DNA of 63,672 nt from Kiritimatiellota bacterium (GTDB taxonomy: Bacteria; Verrucomicrobiota; Kiritimatiellia; RFP12; UBA1067): assembly GCA_009778475.1 (NCBI GenBank), contig WRJS01000003.1:1-63672 (forward strand). The letters are read 5' to 3'. Below, in pieces: positions 61,231 through 63,672 of the stretch. The translations under genes were made by a program, and so were the position numbers. The notes beneath the pieces were generated by a model. The model was not told where the DNA came from. It was given only the letters and a program-made list of their open reading frames with translations, and did not search any database. Numbering within the stretch: position 1 is the first letter of the stretch; each line of letters starts with the position of its first letter.

Positions 61231-63294
61231 CTACTCTTTCTGAGAAGCAGCCGCCAATATAGAAGAAGCCAATAGACAGGCCACAAGTATAAACGCCTGA
61301 ACCTTTTCGTTGGCCGATGCCGATTCTCCCGAAAGTGTACCAACAAACAAAAACATAGACAAAATAATGACACCCACTAAACATCCCAATGACGTGTTTT
61401 TGCCCTTTTCTTTGTGTTTAGGGAAGAAGCCGGGAACCCAACACATGGAAAATATCCCTGTAATAAGCCAGCGAAGAAAAGGAATATCCGGTGTCAGCGC
61501 AATAAACGTGATAACAGCAACAATATATAAAAAAAACGCCATTATTCGTTTCATCTTTCGACGTGTTTCTGTGGCTGCTTTTGCCGCAGTTTCTTTCTCC
61601 CGAATTTCTTTCAATCGGCGACACTCTTTTTCCCATTTCGCCATCCGTTCAGCCGAGTCCCTGTACCCGTTCATTGCGCGAAACTGCTCAGCAAGGTTTT
61701 GACAATCGCGTTCCGTGGAGGCTTTGTTTTCGGCTTGAACCAGCTCGTTGTAATGAACTTCGGGCGCCAAGGCATCACATTCCTCCGCCAGTGCCGCCGT
61801 GTCCCGATACCCGTTCATTGAGCGAAACTGCACCGCAAGGTCTTGGAAATCTTTTTCCGTTGAAGCCTTACTTTTGGCTTGAACCAGCCGATTGTAATGG
61901 ACTTCAACAGCCAAGGCATCACATTCCTCCGCCAGTGCCGCCGTGTCCCTATATCCGTGCATATCTGTATCGCGGAACAGTCCAGCGAGTTTCCGGAGTT
62001 CGGTTTCTGTAGAGGCATTGTTTTTAGCTTGAACCAGTCTGTTGTATTGGTTTTGACAACAGCGATCCCATCTTTGTTTAAGATATTTTTTTAACCTCGC
62101 CCGAGTTTCTGAATCTGCAAAACGGTCAGCCTTTTGAATGTTATTAAGATAAGTATCCGAAATTGGAATTAGACTTTCGCCAAGGGAATCTTCCCGTTGC
62201 ACCCTCCCCTCCACGCACAGTTTGCCGATGTAGGCGGGGGCGTGTTCGGGGGAGATGTCGAGGACTTTGTCGAAATAGTCGCGGGCCTGTTTCCAGTCGG
62301 CATCCTCCAAGAAGAGCCAGGCGCGTTTCATCAGGGATTCCACGCCGGGGGCGGCTGGGGCGGTCGCGGCGGAGGCGCGGCTCGCGGGACGCTCGCCCTC
62401 CATGGTGTCGCGCACCACTTTTTTGATCCCGTGCAGGATGTCTTGCGCGAAGCCGATCCGACCCATGTCCTGTGATTGGAGCATGACCATCTCTTCGGGG
62501 AGGTCGTAGGCGTCCATGTCGCGGTAGCAGGGGATGAGCAGGCGGGAGCGGTCTCTCTTCATCAGCGCGAGGAAGCGGCTCCACTCGTTCTTGACCCAGA
62601 CCGCCTCGAAATGCTCTTTGCGCGTGCCGACGGCGAGCATCACCTTGGCGCTGTTGAGGGCGTTGAAGATGTAGGGCTCGTACTGCCGGCCGAGCTTGCT
62701 CTCGAGCGAGATGCGGGAGAAGAAAACGCGGTATTTCTCTTTCTCGAGCTGGTAGTATAAATCCTGCGCCAGCGCGCTGTCCTTGGTGCGGCTGCCGCCG
62801 TCGGTGGTCTCTTTGTAGCAGATGAAGATGTCGTAGGGCGGCTCTTTGGCGGAGATGGCGAGGATGCCTTTCTGGATCTCGGCGATTGCCCGGGCCTCTT
62901 CCTCGTAGAGGCTTCGGGTGTACTCGTCCTCGGCGTTGCCGAGCGCGGCGAGGTAGTCGGCATCGGTGAGGATGGAGTCGCCTTGGACGCGGTGGCAGGT
63001 GGGGATGCGCTGCCCGGCCTCCTCCACGTATTCGATGCCGTACTTGGACAGCACCACGCCCCAGTGCGCCTCGGCGGAGGACGCGTCGAGGTTGAGGATG
63101 TTCTCGTAGGCGGCGACGGCCTTGTCGAAGTCGTTCTGCCGCCGCAGGTTGTTGGCGCGGTTGAAGAGGTTGGCCTTCTGCTCGTCGGCCGCGCTGGGGA
63201 GCGTCGAGGTCACGCCGCACGAGCCGCATGTCCCGTACGCCTTGCCGGTGGCTTGGATGTCGCCGCCGCATTGTTTGCATTTCAAGGTTGCCAT
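61231..63294 (-). CDS. TIR-domain protein: zinc ribbon + TPR-like + TIR + TPR-like + three 48-50 aa repeats + four C-terminal TM helices
   Basis: ATG 63294 follows AAGGAG. N-terminus CKQCGG...CGSCG. The TIR core is aa ~153-275 (YDIFICYKE...YRVFFSR...AKVMLAVGT...AVWVKNEWSRF), with a W-x-x-x-E motif (E237) at the position of the catalytic Glu of NAD-cleaving TIRs. Repeats are Y417-H466, Y467-H514 and Y515-L561. TM helices lie at aa ~584-683. Confidence 0.8.
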   Translation of the reverse strand: MATLKCKQCGGDIQATGKAYGTCGSCGVTSTLPSAADEQKANLFNRANNLRRQNDFDKAVAAYENILNLDASSAEAHWGVVLSKYGIEYVEEAGQRIPTCHRVQGDSILTDADYLAALGNAEDEYTRSLYEEEARAIAEIQKGILAISAKEPPYDIFICYKETTDGGSRTKDSALAQDLYYQLEKEKYRVFFSRISLESKLGRQYEPYIFNALNSAKVMLAVGTRKEHFEAVWVKNEWSRFLALMKRDRSRLLIPCYRDMDAYDLPEEMVMLQSQDMGRIGFAQDILHGIKKVVRDTMEGERPASRASAATAPAAPGVESLMKRAWLFLEDADWKQARDYFDKVLDISPEHAPAYIGKLCVEGRVQREDSLGESLIPISDTYLNNIQKADRFADSETRARLKKYLKQRWDRCCQNQYNRLVQAKNNASTETELRKLAGLFRDTDMHGYRDTAALAEECDALAVEVHYNRLVQAKSKASTEKDFQDLAVQFRSMNGYRDTAALAEECDALAPEVHYNELVQAENKASTERDCQNLAEQFRAMNGYRDSAERMAKWEKECRRLKEIREKETAAKAATETRRKMKRIMAFFLYIVAVITFIALTPDIPFLRWLITGIFSMCWVPGFFPKHKEKGKNTSLGCLVGVIILSMFLFVGTLSGESASANEKVQAFILVACLLASSILAAASQKE

Positions 63295-63409
63295 GGTTCA
63301 TTCTCCTTTGTCGGTGTTGATGTCGCCCTTTCGGGGTTTTTAAGATTGATGTTGCCCTGCGACACGGCGGAATCTTTTTCAAAGTTTGCCGCCTTCCCAA
63401 TGTCACGCA

Positions 63410-63672
63410 TCACAAGGGCGAAGCCCTTGCGTATCATAGCGTAGGGCATCGCCCTACGACACGGGCGACGAAGAGTGTTCAAGGCTGTAGGCCTTGAACA
63501 AAAGGATGCAAGGCTTTCAGCCTTTCCAGCGCCACGAAACACAAGACCAAAGCCCTTGCGTATCATAGCGTAGGGCATCGCCCTACGACACGGGCGACGA
63601 AGAGTGTTCAAGGCTGTAGGCCTTGAACAAAAGGATGCAAGGCTTTCAGCCTTTCCAGCGCCACGAAACACA
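63410..63672. repeat. Tandem 129-bp hairpin-rich repeat (two full units, array continues past the right edge)
   Basis: Unit 1 is 63410-63538 and unit 2 is 63539-63667; they are near identical. Each unit carries four short GC hairpins (aagggc-gaa-gccctt, gtagggc-atc-gccctac, ttcaaggc-tgtag-gccttgaa, aaggc-tttca-gcctt). Confidence 0.95.

Noticed and set aside
61231-63294. Calling the TIR gene a Thoeris (ThsB) component
   Set aside because: No ThsA-type (SIR2/SLOG or TM) partner or second TIR gene is adjacent within the window. The multi-domain, membrane-anchored architecture is unlike typical ThsB. I leave it as an unclassified TIR protein.
63282-63671. 129-aa ORF on the minus strand (and similar ORFs 60680..61099, 60847..61275)
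   Set aside because: The translation merely repeats itself (…FCSRPTALNTLRRPCRRAMPYAMIRKGF… twice) because it reads through the 129-bp tandem repeat. There is no start context, and the sequence is composed of hairpin words. I treat it as non-coding.

Overview
GC-rich chromosomal segment (roughly 60-70% GC by eye, with a few AT-richer islands). It looks like a PVC-superphylum bacterium (Kiritimatiellota/Lentisphaerota/Verrucomicrobiota-like). That placement is inferred from prepilin-type pseudopilin paralogues, secreted haem-c beta-propeller proteins with PSCyt-like tails, and a Tat-signal Gfo/Idh/MocA plus xylose-isomerase-like pair. I can support about 42 CDS, mostly on the minus strand. Housekeeping genes are hrpA, pckG, a YitJ-like MetH/MetF fusion, holA, dut, pgpA, a Dus-family gene, cstA, galM, and a complete pstC-pstA-pstB-phoU-phoB-phoR block without pstS. 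There are also many large secreted proteins of unknown function, two ABC systems, a DjlA-like co-chaperone and an AT-rich Kv-type K+ channel. I found no rRNA, tRNA, CRISPR array, transposase, integrase or canonical multi-gene defence system. The unusual content falls into five groups. (1) A single-gene TIR-domain protein (zinc ribbon, TPR, TIR, three 48-50 aa repeats, 4 TM) with an abrupt internal GC shift, bracketed by inverted copies of a 129-bp hairpin-rich repeat and by nested 27-nt palindromes; it sits directly upstream of the pst operon. (2) A 676-bp tandem duplication that produced two ORF6N-domain genes with near-identical ends and a swapped central cassette, plus a 41-codon relic of the kinase gene translationally coupled to one copy. 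(3) Three paralogous secreted di-haem beta-propeller proteins within 14 kb, each with a different N-terminal module. (4) An RDD-membrane-domain/pseudopilin-domain fusion followed in frame by a second copy of the family's C-terminal tail. (5) A pervasive layer of 7-nt word arrays and hairpin repeats that fill intergenic and intercistronic gaps. These include sense-strand ACAGGAU arrays resembling CsrA-binding sponges, and an orientation-conserved CACAGAG hairpin between the permease and ATPase genes of two unrelated ABC operons. All functional readings of the repeats are hypotheses. Family assignments come from motif recognition by eye, not from database searches.
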